From contig OZ252100.1 in NCBI GenBank assembly GCA_965248435.1, positions 4,000,001-4,064,000 on the forward strand: DNA of 64,000 nt. The letters are read 5' to 3'. The first letter of the stretch is position 1. Every line of letters starts with the position of its first letter. A program made the translations under genes and the position numbers. Positions 28,340 to 37,966 of the stretch are shown here, piece after piece. Source of the stretch: Candidatus Latescibacterota bacterium (GTDB lineage Bacteria > Latescibacterota > UBA2968 > GCA-2709665). The notes under the pieces were generated by a model. That model made no database searches. It was not told the DNA's origin and saw nothing but the letters and a program-made list of their open reading frames with translations.

Positions 28340-31300
28340 TTATCCTCGTCCGTGACATTTCTTGTACTTCTTACCGCTACCACACGGGCAGGGGTCATTT
28401 CGACCCACCTTGGGCCCCTGCCTCTTTACCGGCGCACGCACCGGGGCGTCGCCTTCCGATGTGTTCGCGAACACCTCCCCCTGAGCCTGAGGTTCGGGAG
28501 CGCCGGCAAAACCCATGCCCATCGCGTCTTGATGGACCAGGGCCAACCGTTCGGGTCGCCGTCCCCTGCCCCTTATCGGCACCTCATCGATCGGAATTCG
28601 ATAGAGGGTCTTTACGGTCTCCCGGTTGATCTCGTCCAGAAGATCTACGAACATCTCGAACCCCTCACGTTTGTATTCTACGAGCGGGTCCTTCTGGCCG
28701 TAGCCCCTCAGCCCGATGCCCTCCTTGAGATCGTCCATCTCCCTCAAGTGCTCTTTCCACTTTTCATCGATGATTCCAAGGTAGACCATTCGCTCGATTT
28801 CTCTCAGCCGATCCTGACCGATCAGCGCTTCCCGTCGAAGATAGGTATCACTGATCCTATCCAGGATCTGATCGCGCAACCCCTCTCGCCTGAGCGAAGG
28901 AAGATCGTCCACCGGGATCTCGGGAACCTGCAGGAATATGTTCCGCAGATCTGCCGTGAGGCCCTCGAAGTTCCAGTCCTCGGGATGCCCCTCTTCAGGA
29001 ATATGGGCGTCAAAGACGGCGTCTATCGTGTCTTCCGTGATCTCCCGGATTTGATCCGAGATGTCTTTCTGTTCCAGGGCGTGTCGGCGCCGGTCATAAA
29101 CGACTTCCCGCTGTTGATTCATCACATCGTCGTACTCCAGCAAGTGCTTCCTGATCTCGAAGTTTCGATCCTCGACACGCTTCTGGGCGCGTTCGATAGA
29201 CTTTGTGACCATTCGGTGCTCGATGACCTCACCCTCTTCGGCGCCGAGTTTGTCCATAATCCGCGCGATCCGTTCTGATCCGAAAAGCCGCATCAGGTCG
29301 TCTTCAAGAGAGGTAAAGAACCTGGAGCTTCCCGGGTCCCCCTGCCTGCCGGATCGTCCGCGGAGCTGGCGATCGATTCGACGGGCCTCGTGCCGCTCGG
29401 TGCCGATGATGTGGAGCCCGCAAGGCACGTCAGCACGACAGTTGTATTCCTCCAAATGGGGACAGAGCGGTCGGGGATCCTGGGCATTGACGAGGAGGGC
29501 ACAGCAATGGCCTTCGGGTGCCTTTACGACGTCCGGACCCAGCTTTATATCTGTGCCCCGTCCTGCCATGTTGGTGGCGATCGTCACGGCTCCGGGTTGA
29601 CCGGCCTGTGTCACGACCTGCGCCTCCTGCTGATGATGTCTGGCGTTGAGCACTCGGTGTTTGATGCCCCTGCGGCCGAGCATTCGAGCGAGGAGTTCTG
29701 ACACTTCCACACTGATCGTTCCGACGAGTACGGGCAGCTGCTTTTCATTCAACCGGGCAACTTCGTCGATTATGGCGTTGTATTTCTCTCGTTTCGTCCG
29801 AAAGATCTGATCTTCGAAGTCGGGACGGCGCACGGGTTCGTTCGTAGGGATGACGATCACATCCAGCTGGTAGATCTGAAACAGCTCTGAGCTTTCGGTT
29901 TCCGCCGTACCGGTCATTCCGGCGAGTTTATGGTAGAGCCTGAAATAGTTCTGGAGGGTTATCGTCGCAACCGTCTGAGTGTCTCGTTCCACTCTGACGC
30001 GTTCCTTGGCTTCCAATGCCTGATGGAGGCCGTCTGAAAATCTCCTGCCCGGCTGTGGCCTACCCGTGAACTCGTCGACGATAATCACCCTGCCTTCAGC
30101 CACCATGTACTGCACGTCTTTCTCGTAAAGTGTGTAGGCTTTGAGGAGCTGCTGCACACTGTGGATGGCCTCGCTCCTTTTCGCGTAATTCTGATAGGCC
30201 TCGTCCTGTGCCTTCGCCTTTTCCTGATCGGAGAGGGCACTGTCTCCCTCGATGCGGAGGAGCAGGGCATCGAGGTCGGAGAGGACAAAATCGTCCGGAT
30301 TCTGACTGATCTCCGACCGACCCTTTTCGAGAAGATCCATCACGTGACTCTTCTCATCTATGCTGAAGAAGAGGTCCTCGTCGATTTCGCCGAGGCGCTT
30401 ATCTCGCATGTAGTCCGCCTCAACGCGATTGACCAGCTTTTTCATGCCCTCTTCCTGAATCAATTTCATGAAGCGCTTGTTCTTGGGCGCGCTCCTCTGG
30501 ACCTGGAGCAGCTTGATGCCGGCATCGTACTCTTCATCCTCATTCAAGAGGCGTTCGGCTTGACTCAGTATTTCGTTGCTCAGACGCGTTTGCAGCTTTA
30601 CCAGGCGTTCGACCATGGGTCTCATTTCGTCGAACCGCTGGGTATCCGCTTCAGGAACGGGGCCAGAGATGATGAGGGGTGTCCTTGCTTCATCGATCAA
30701 GATGCTGTCGGCCTCATCGATGATCGCAAAGTGATGCTCGCGCTGCATCAAGTCATCCGGGCGAACCGCCATGTTGTCATACAGATGATCGAAGCCGAAT
30801 TGGTCTTTGGTCCCGTAGATAATGTCCGCACTATAGGCTTCGCCGTGATCACACTCCTTGAGCCTGTAGCCTCCCTGGTCGTCCTCTTCGATCAGGTAGG
30901 CCTCAGACCCCAGCGCGCGGTCCTGTATGATCCCGATGGTCAAACCCAGGTAGAGGTAGAGGGGACCCTGCCACATGGCATCTCGTTTGGCGAGGTAGGA
31001 GTTGACCGTTACGAGATGCGCGGACCGACCGGTTAGACCGTTGAGGTAGAGGGGCATTCCCGCAGTAAGCGTCTTTCCCTCTCCCGTCGCCATTTCAGCG
31101 ATCTTACCCTGATGCAGGACGATCGCGCCGATAAGCTGTACATCGTAAGGGACCATATCCCACGTGATCTGCTCACCCGCGCGATCCCAGCTCCGGCCCT
31201 CTTTTGCCCACCGTCTGCACAGTTCCTTGAAGGTCGCGTAGGCCTCGGGCAGGATTTCGTTCAGGACGTCAGACTCGATTTCAAGAATCTCGGACTGCAG

Positions 31301-31567
31301 GTCGGCGATTTCGTCCAGGAGATCTTGCCGACTTTCCCCGCTCTGCAGCGATTCGAGCTCACTGGTGCGAGCCTGCAGTGTCTCTCGAACTTCCTTTGTG
31401 GCTTCCTGGAGGCGGTCGCGGAACTTCGCGGTCTGACCTCTTAACGCTTCATCAGAAAGGTCTTCATACGAGACACAGAAGCGATTGATTTCATCCACGA
31501 GCGGTTGAATCTGCTTTATGTCTCGACCGTGTTTGGTTCCGAAGATTTTAGTTACGAATTTAAGCAT
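28340..31567 (-). CDS. secA: Preprotein translocase ATPase SecA
   Basis: [60 protein letters not shown]. Confidence 0.98.
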   Translation of the reverse strand: MLKFVTKIFGTKHGRDIKQIQPLVDEINRFCVSYEDLSDEALRGQTAKFRDRLQEATKEVRETLQARTSELESLQSGESRQDLLDEIADLQSEILEIESDVLNEILPEAYATFKELCRRWAKEGRSWDRAGEQITWDMVPYDVQLIGAIVLHQGKIAEMATGEGKTLTAGMPLYLNGLTGRSAHLVTVNSYLAKRDAMWQGPLYLYLGLTIGIIQDRALGSEAYLIEEDDQGGYRLKECDHGEAYSADIIYGTKDQFGFDHLYDNMAVRPDDLMQREHHFAIIDEADSILIDEARTPLIISGPVPEADTQRFDEMRPMVERLVKLQTRLSNEILSQAERLLNEDEEYDAGIKLLQVQRSAPKNKRFMKLIQEEGMKKLVNRVEADYMRDKRLGEIDEDLFFSIDEKSHVMDLLEKGRSEISQNPDDFVLSDLDALLLRIEGDSALSDQEKAKAQDEAYQNYAKRSEAIHSVQQLLKAYTLYEKDVQYMVAEGRVIIVDEFTGRPQPGRRFSDGLHQALEAKERVRVERDTQTVATITLQNYFRLYHKLAGMTGTAETESSELFQIYQLDVIVIPTNEPVRRPDFEDQIFRTKREKYNAIIDEVARLNEKQLPVLVGTISVEVSELLARMLGRRGIKHRVLNARHHQQEAQVVTQAGQPGAVTIATNMAGRGTDIKLGPDVVKAPEGHCCALLVNAQDPRPLCPHLEEYNCRADVPCGLHIIGTERHEARRIDRQLRGRSGRQGDPGSSRFFTSLEDDLMRLFGSERIARIMDKLGAEEGEVIEHRMVTKSIERAQKRVEDRNFEIRKHLLEYDDVMNQQREVVYDRRRHALEQKDISDQIREITEDTIDAVFDAHIPEEGHPEDWNFEGLTADLRNIFLQVPEIPVDDLPSLRREGLRDQILDRISDTYLRREALIGQDRLREIERMVYLGIIDEKWKEHLREMDDLKEGIGLRGYGQKDPLVEYKREGFEMFVDLLDEINRETVKTLYRIPIDEVPIRGRGRRPERLALVHQDAMGMGFAGAPEPQAQGEVFANTSEGDAPVRAPVKRQGPKVGRNDPCPCGSGKKYKKCHGRG

Positions 31568-31614
31568 TGTGCATTTCCGTAGGTCTCGGTTGGGTGGTCA
31601 CGTGAAGACGGTTT

Positions 31615-32367
31615 TCAGCTGCCGTAGGAGAGCCTTTCTGCGAGGAAATCGGGCAGAAGCGCCTTGCGAATTTTGGCCTGTGCAGCGGCCACATCATATG
31701 CCACGCGACAGAGCTCGAGCTCAGAGGCTTCCTGATCCCACACTACGAAGGCTGCACGGGCATCTCCGTCCCTCGGCTGACCCACGCTGCCTACGTTGAC
31801 CAGGTAGCGTTCCGAGGGTTTGATCTTCAGCCGTCCTTCGTTCACAGTGGACTTACCATTCTTCTCGCGGAAGATAAAGGCCCTGTGGGTATGGCCAACA
31901 AACACGACGTCAGAGTCGGTGTAGGAAAGGCCCTCCCTCGCGTCCTCCGCCGTAGATATATAGTGCCAAGCATCGGGTTGGTAGGGGGAGGCGTGCACGA
32001 AGAGCGCCCCGTCTGCCTGATTGGAGATCGGGCACGATTTGAGATAATCCACGTGTCGGGAGGTCAGCTGAGAACCGGTCCACTGGATGGCCTCAAGGGC
32101 CACCTGATTGAAAAAACTGGAGTCTTCAAGGCCGACTGCGGCCCAATCGTGATTTCCCGCGATGACGATGTCTGAGAATTGTCGGACCTTCTTGATACAC
32201 GCATTGGGATCCGCACCATATCCGACGACGTCACCGAGACAAATCACCCGGTCGATATTTTCACTCTCACACCGTTGGAGGACGGCCTCGAGCGCCTCCA
32301 GGTTCCCGTGGACGTCCGAGAAGATGACCAGCCGCACGTCAAGGCTCCGCGTGCCCGACGTTGTCAA
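31615..32367 (-). CDS. Metallophosphoesterase family protein
   Basis: SDVHGN, LGDVVGYG, GNHD, GHTH, NVGSVGQPRD. Confidence 0.92.
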   Translation of the reverse strand: MTTSGTRSLDVRLVIFSDVHGNLEALEAVLQRCESENIDRVICLGDVVGYGADPNACIKKVRQFSDIVIAGNHDWAAVGLEDSSFFNQVALEAIQWTGSQLTSRHVDYLKSCPISNQADGALFVHASPYQPDAWHYISTAEDAREGLSYTDSDVVFVGHTHRAFIFREKNGKSTVNEGRLKIKPSERYLVNVGSVGQPRDGDARAAFVVWDQEASELELCRVAYDVAAAQAKIRKALLPDFLAERLSYGS

Positions 32368-32776
32368 GCTTCTCTTCCCGCTTCACGAGGGCATCCAGGA
32401 TACCGTTGATGAAGCCGGGCGCCTTTTCGACGCTATAGCGCTTTGCCAGCTCTATGGCTTCGTCGATCGAGACCTTTGTGGGGATATCTTCAAACGCCGC
32501 GATCTCGGTGAGCGCCATCCAAAGAAGAATTCTGTCTATACGAGAGATGCGCTCGAGAGACCAGTTCTGGGAGACGCTTTCGATCTGCGGGTCCAGTTCG
32601 GCCCTACGAGCCCAGGTCTCCAGGCCCAGGTCCGTCGCGAACTTCGAGACCTCGGACGAAAGGTCGAGGCGCAGGGACATCGTGTGGAGTGTCTGTTTCA
32701 CCGGGTCGCCTGAACTCTGCGACCAGTAGAGAGCCTGCAGCACCGCCTCTCGGGCTTTTCGGCGAGATCGTGTCAT
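32339..32776 (-). CDS. nusB: Transcription antitermination factor NusB
   Basis: RRKAREAVLQALY, WSLERI, IDEAIELAKRY, FINGILD. Confidence 0.95.
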   Translation of the reverse strand: MTRSRRKAREAVLQALYWSQSSGDPVKQTLHTMSLRLDLSSEVSKFATDLGLETWARRAELDPQIESVSQNWSLERISRIDRILLWMALTEIAAFEDIPTKVSIDEAIELAKRYSVEKAPGFINGILDALVKREEKLDNVGHAEP

Positions 32777-32805
32777 GTTTGTCTTCGTCGCTTCCGAAGG
32801 TGGCT

Positions 32806-34077
32806 TTATGTTCCGGTTTCTTCAGACTCGGAGTCCGAGGAAAGCTTCAGGTCTGCATCCGAGAAGATGTGACCCATCTTCTCCTGCTTGGTACGGAGGT
32901 ACTTGATGTTCCAGGGGGTGGGCTTGATTCTCACGGGGATCCGCTCCACGATCTCTATTCCGTAGGCCTCGAGTCCAACCCGCTTGGCGGGGTTGTTGGT
33001 GATCAATCGGGCTTTTCGAATTCCCAGATCGAGGAGGATCTGCGCCCCGATCCCGAAGTCCCGTTCGTCCATCTTAAACCCGAGCTTGAGATTCGCCTCT
33101 ACGGTATCGTAGCCCTCTTCCTGAAGTTTATAGGCCCTGATCTTCTGCTGGAGACCGATACCCCTGCCTTCCTGTCGCATGTAGACAATGGCTCCGCAAC
33201 CCTCGCGCTCGATCATCTCGACCGCGGCGTGGAGGTTCGTGTCACAATCACATCGCAGCGATCCGAAGACGTCGCCAGTGAGGCATTCTGAATGCATCCG
33301 AACAAGGATGGGTTCGTCTGAGTCGAGGTCCCCTTTGACGAGCGCGATGTGAGGACGTTTGTCCACTTCACTCTCGTAGAGCTTTAGTTGGAACTCTCCG
33401 AATCGCGTGGGCAGATGGATGGATTCTACACAGCGAACCAGTTTTTCAGAACGGTGGCGGTATGCGATCAGGTCTCGGATTGTGATGATTTTCAAGCCGT
33501 ACTTCTTGGCGAGCTGCACCAGTTCAGGCAGCCTCGCCATGGTGCCGTCCTCATTCAAGATTTCGCAGAGCACACCTGCGGGAAAGAGTCCGGCGAGGCG
33601 TGCAAGGTCGACGGTTGCCTCGGTGTGGCCGGCGCGGCGCAGCACGCCGCCCGGCATGGCCTTGAGTGGAAAGATGTGGCCGGGTCGGGCGAAATCGAGT
33701 GGCCGGGAATCCGGGTCGACGAAGCGCTGGATGGTCACCGCGCGATCGCTCGCAGAGATGCCGGTCGTGGTCCCCTCCACGGCGTCGATGCACACGGTAA
33801 AGGGTGTGCCGTGGAGCGCCGTGTTGTGGTCTACCATCAAGTCCAGGTCGAGCTCCTTTAGGCGCTCCTGCGTTGCCGGTAGACAGACCAGCCCGCGGGC
33901 GTGGGTGATCATGAAGTTGATGGCCTCGGGGGTGACCTTTTCGGCCGCCATCACGAAGTCGCCTTCGTTTTCACGGTCCTCATCGTCGATCACGATCACC
34001 ATGTTGCCCGCCCGGATCTCGTCCAGGGCCTCTTCGGCGGTCACGATCTCAACGGGCTTTTTCGTTTCGGATATCAC
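32806..34077 (-). CDS. ribBA: Bifunctional DHBP synthase / GTP cyclohydrolase II
   Basis: [25 protein letters not shown]...[13 protein letters not shown]. Confidence 0.96.
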   Translation of the reverse strand: MISETKKPVEIVTAEEALDEIRAGNMVIVIDDEDRENEGDFVMAAEKVTPEAINFMITHARGLVCLPATQERLKELDLDLMVDHNTALHGTPFTVCIDAVEGTTTGISASDRAVTIQRFVDPDSRPLDFARPGHIFPLKAMPGGVLRRAGHTEATVDLARLAGLFPAGVLCEILNEDGTMARLPELVQLAKKYGLKIITIRDLIAYRHRSEKLVRCVESIHLPTRFGEFQLKLYESEVDKRPHIALVKGDLDSDEPILVRMHSECLTGDVFGSLRCDCDTNLHAAVEMIEREGCGAIVYMRQEGRGIGLQQKIRAYKLQEEGYDTVEANLKLGFKMDERDFGIGAQILLDLGIRKARLITNNPAKRVGLEAYGIEIVERIPVRIKPTPWNIKYLRTKQEKMGHIFSDADLKLSSDSESEETGT

Positions 34078-34098
34078 GCTAATCCTCGATTCGGATGG

Positions 34099-34728
34099 TC
34101 ACCCGGACGACTGGGTCGAGTTATCCCCTTCTGGCACGCGACCTGTGTTCAAAAGGCGCTCGACGTATCGCGCCAGCATGTCGACCTCTAGGTTGACGGG
34201 GTCTCCGGGTTTACGCTCAGATAGGGTTGTGACGCTCAAGGTGTGCGGGATCACTGTGACCGTGAAGTCGCTGTCTGACACCGAGACGACGGTGAGACTG
34301 ATCCCATCCACGGCGACTGAACCCTTCTTCGCAAGATAGGGCGCGAGTTCGGCCGGCATTTCGATTCTGAGGAGCACGTTGTCGGGAGATTCCACTCGGT
34401 CCAGCACGCGGCCGATGCCGTCAACGTGACCCGCAACCATGTGTCCACTTATTCGCTGACCGACCTGAAACGATCGCTCGAGGTTGACGCGATGGTCGGG
34501 TTGGAGTCTACCGAGCGTGGTCAGCTGGAGGGTCTCTTCGACCGATTCGACGACGAAGCCGATCTCATCGTGTTCTACCACGGTGTGGCAGGTCCCGTCG
34601 ATGCTGATGCTGTCTCCGGTCTGGATGTCATGCAGGACGCGAACGGCGTCAATGGTCGTACGTTGATACCCCTTCCGCTTCTGGATCGATCTAACGCTGC
34701 CTGTCTCTTCGATGATGCCCGTGAACAT
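34099..34728 (-). CDS. ribE: Riboflavin synthase
   Basis: MFTGIIEE start at 34728, GHMVAGHVD, KGSVAVDGISLTV. Confidence 0.95.
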   Translation of the reverse strand: MFTGIIEETGSVRSIQKRKGYQRTTIDAVRVLHDIQTGDSISIDGTCHTVVEHDEIGFVVESVEETLQLTTLGRLQPDHRVNLERSFQVGQRISGHMVAGHVDGIGRVLDRVESPDNVLLRIEMPAELAPYLAKKGSVAVDGISLTVVSVSDSDFTVTVIPHTLSVTTLSERKPGDPVNLEVDMLARYVERLLNTGRVPEGDNSTQSSG

Positions 34729-34772
34729 ATGATGGATTGACGTTTCTGTGTTAAATTTGATCGCCCGGGAAC

Positions 34773-35852
34773 TTAAGTCTTTTTCACTCTGGCCGTGTAG
34801 AGCAAATCGTCTCCGATTCGTTCGACGGCGGTATCTTCGAGACAAACGGCATCAGAGAGCCTATCGATTCCGAGATCGGCTACCGAGTGCACACCTGAAC
34901 CGAGGAGTTTGGGCGCAATAAAGATGGCCAGGCGATCTACGAGTCCCTCGCGAAGGGCAGAGGCTGCGACTTCGCCCCCGCCTTCGATCAGAACGTGAGT
35001 CAGATCTTCTGACCCGGCGCGTTTGAGGACCCCGGCGAGCAACGGCCGACCTGCGTCCAGGGGTGTCTCCCATACGTGAGCGCCCGCGTCTTCCACGGCC
35101 TGTTTCCTCTCGCGGGACACGCCTTCAGCCGCCGCCAGGACGAGGCGCGCTCCCCGGAAGATCTGCGCGTCCTCGGAGACCTCCAGTCTGCTATCGAGCA
35201 CGATCTTTACAGGATCATCTCCGGGAACGTGTCTGACAGACAAACGAGGATCGTCCGCTTTTACCGTACGGCCTCCGACGATCACTGCGTCGACATCGGC
35301 TCGCATCCGATGAGCCGCCTTCCTTGATTCCTCGGATGTGATCCACCTGGAATCCCCTGCGACGGTTGCGATCCGGCCATCCAGGGTCTGGGCAAGCTTG
35401 AGTGTGACGAAGGGCAAACCGGTGGTCCGGTGCTTGACGTAGACCTCGTTGAGACGCCTCGCTTCCTCTTCCATGAGTCCGACTTCGACCTGGATGTTTT
35501 CCTCGCGAAGCCTGTCGATGCCCCGGCCGGAAACCCTTTGGTCCGGGTCGACCATCGCGCAGACCGCGCGCGAGACCCGCTTTTTGATCAGAAGGTCGAC
35601 GCACGGGGGGGTGCGGCCGGTGTGAACGCAGGGCTCGAGCGTGACGTAAAGTGTGACATCGCGGTCGCCGTCGGATACCGGATCGAGGGCGACGACCTCC
35701 GCGTGCGGTCTCCCCGGACCTGCGTGATACCCTTCGCCCAGGATTTGTTCTCCCCGGACGGCGACGGCCCCCACCATCGGGTTTGGCCTCGCGGTGGACC
35801 GGCCCCGCTCGGCCAGACCGAGTGCGATCTTCATGTAGTCGACATCAGTCAT
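34773..35852 (-). CDS. ribD: Riboflavin biosynthesis deaminase/reductase
   Basis: PNPMVG, HAE, TLEPCVHTGRTPPC, TLDGRIA, IEGG. Confidence 0.96.
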   Translation of the reverse strand: MTDVDYMKIALGLAERGRSTARPNPMVGAVAVRGEQILGEGYHAGPGRPHAEVVALDPVSDGDRDVTLYVTLEPCVHTGRTPPCVDLLIKKRVSRAVCAMVDPDQRVSGRGIDRLREENIQVEVGLMEEEARRLNEVYVKHRTTGLPFVTLKLAQTLDGRIATVAGDSRWITSEESRKAAHRMRADVDAVIVGGRTVKADDPRLSVRHVPGDDPVKIVLDSRLEVSEDAQIFRGARLVLAAAEGVSRERKQAVEDAGAHVWETPLDAGRPLLAGVLKRAGSEDLTHVLIEGGGEVAASALREGLVDRLAIFIAPKLLGSGVHSVADLGIDRLSDAVCLEDTAVERIGDDLLYTARVKKT

Positions 35853-35857
35853 CTGTC

Positions 35858-37966
35858 TTACTTGACCTCGAATACTGCCTTGCCGACCCCAACATTGCCG
35901 AGCGCGTCTGCGCCACGAACCACCAGGGTATATTCACCCGGATCGAGGTGATCGAGCGTAAACTGAAGCATCTCGCTTCGCGAATCGAATATCTGGTCCG
36001 CCGGGAAGACCACCTTCCAGGTTCCGGAATTGAGAGAATAGCTGGCCTCCCGGATCGGGCTGATTGCGTCTTCAACCGCCGTCTCCACGGAGACGAGGCC
36101 TGGACCGGCCTGTCGGACCGATGATAGACGCACATGAGGAGGCGTATGGTCGATGTCGAACGGCTCACTCACCTTTTCAGAGGAGAGGGCCTGGGTTTCC
36201 GGATTGCTCAATCGATCGGAGGCGACCACTCTTAGCTGCATTGTGCCTTCGGGAGCGGATTCGACCTTCCAGAGATAGTTGGGCGAGGTGAGGTCTTTCT
36301 CCAGCAGCTTCCAATCTTTTTCCTCACGACCCCGGAAGTAGAGGTCGTAAATCAACTGGTCGCTGTTCACGTCGGCGGCAGACCAGGAGATCTTCCATAC
36401 GCCTTTCTCCTGGTCCTGGGGCTGGGGGCGGGCCTGGCGTTTTTCACCGTCCGACCCTGCGTTCCCGGAGGGACTGTTTCGACGTGCGGGGGATGTGATC
36501 TGAAGATCCAGGATCTGAGGCTCAAGGTTTTCCTGGAGGCCGGCCATCGTGACTTCCCGCAGTTTGGGCGTAGCACTTCCTGTCTTTGAGGTCATCACCG
36601 CTCGATACTGCAGGAATCTGGCCGGAGGGCTCAGGATCTGGCCGCCCTTCGAGGGTTCAGACCAGGGACTCCACGTATCGTCTGGGACCTCGCCGTTGCC
36701 CGACCGGGTCTGGAACGAGATGGAAGTGCCCTCCGTCTCCTCGGCTTTCCAGGCCAACTTCCCCCACTTGGACACGATTGTGAAATCTCTGGGTTCGGAG
36801 GTCAGCGTGCCCTTTTTCGAGTAGGATCGCTCCAACCGATGGACCGTCCCGGCCCCTGCGGCCCCGATCCAAAACCGGGCGTCTCGGGAAGGGCAAATTG
36901 CCCACGGTTGGAGATCCTCCATTCGAAGGATCAGGGTAGAGGTGCCATCATTTTTCACACGGTAGACAGATCCAGGGTCTCCGGTGAGGGCGGTAAGCTC
37001 ACCGCCTGCGTCAACGTGCAGCGACAGGAGGATCGGCTCTGGGGTCTGCCACAGTTTGATTGCTGCGCCAGATGGACGTATGGCATAAATCACAGAGGCT
37101 TCGCTGGCCGCCTCCTTCCCAGGTTGGGGAGGGGTCTTAGGCGGGGCCGCGTTTCCTCCGCTGAGCCTCGAACTTCCCGTCATCGCTCCGGCATAGAGCA
37201 TCCCGTCGGGTCCGAATGCCAGGGCGTGGACTTCCTTTTGAGATGCGTCGAAGAGGACTTGCACTTTACCGCTCTGGTCGACCTTGTAAACGAGCCCATT
37301 CTGATCAGTACCGGCGTAAAGGTTTCCATTCGGCGCCTGAATCAGCGAAACGATGTTGGGATCCGGGCTCTTGTAAATCTCTTTCGGTTTACCCTTCGAA
37401 GAGATCCGAAGGATGCGCCCGTTACTGCCGCCCGTGGCGGCGTAGAGATCGCCTCCGGGCTGCGGGACGAGCGCCCAGACGTGACTGTCGCCGGTCCGAC
37501 AAAAGGTGATCGGGTTCTTGCCGGGATCGATCCGATAGATGTTTCCGTCGGGTGAAGAGCCCGCGTAGAGGGTCCCATTCGGTCCGACCGCGAGGCTAAA
37601 GATTGCCACTTCAGGGGAATCAAACAGGAGTTCAGATACTCCCTTTCCTTCATCGTAGGCAAAGATCTTACCGCTGTTCCCCGTAGCGATGTAGAGCCGC
37701 CCCTTCTTACCCTCTGCCAGTGCCCATACGAATTCCTCGTCCGTATCCACAACCTGTTTGAGGCTGGGGCCGAGGGTTACGACCCCATCGCGGGTGATGG
37801 AGACATCCTCGGCCTCGCCCTTGATAAAGGACGCGCGGCTGTCCTCGCGCCAGATCGTCGGCACGACGGCATCTGCCGGTAGCTGAAGAAGACCCAGCAG
37901 ACATACGAACAGGGGCCAGGCCTGGCGAGCTTTAGTTCTTGTCTCGACTGGGCCCGGCCTTCTCAT
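35858..37966 (-). CDS. Secreted beta-propeller plus Ig/FN3-like domain protein
   Basis: Signal peptide, repeated G.LYAGT..G.IY blades, DTWSPWS, C-terminal DALGN beta-sandwich; start uncertain (37999, 37981 or 37966). Confidence 0.75.
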   Translation of the reverse strand: MRRPGPVETRTKARQAWPLFVCLLGLLQLPADAVVPTIWREDSRASFIKGEAEDVSITRDGVVTLGPSLKQVVDTDEEFVWALAEGKKGRLYIATGNSGKIFAYDEGKGVSELLFDSPEVAIFSLAVGPNGTLYAGSSPDGNIYRIDPGKNPITFCRTGDSHVWALVPQPGGDLYAATGGSNGRILRISSKGKPKEIYKSPDPNIVSLIQAPNGNLYAGTDQNGLVYKVDQSGKVQVLFDASQKEVHALAFGPDGMLYAGAMTGSSRLSGGNAAPPKTPPQPGKEAASEASVIYAIRPSGAAIKLWQTPEPILLSLHVDAGGELTALTGDPGSVYRVKNDGTSTLILRMEDLQPWAICPSRDARFWIGAAGAGTVHRLERSYSKKGTLTSEPRDFTIVSKWGKLAWKAEETEGTSISFQTRSGNGEVPDDTWSPWSEPSKGGQILSPPARFLQYRAVMTSKTGSATPKLREVTMAGLQENLEPQILDLQITSPARRNSPSGNAGSDGEKRQARPQPQDQEKGVWKISWSAADVNSDQLIYDLYFRGREEKDWKLLEKDLTSPNYLWKVESAPEGTMQLRVVASDRLSNPETQALSSEKVSEPFDIDHTPPHVRLSSVRQAGPGLVSVETAVEDAISPIREASYSLNSGTWKVVFPADQIFDSRSEMLQFTLDHLDPGEYTLVVRGADALGNVGVGKAVFEVK

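Noticed and set aside
34729-35900. FMN riboswitch for the rib genes
   Set aside because: No intergenic room before ribD and no RFN consensus seen.
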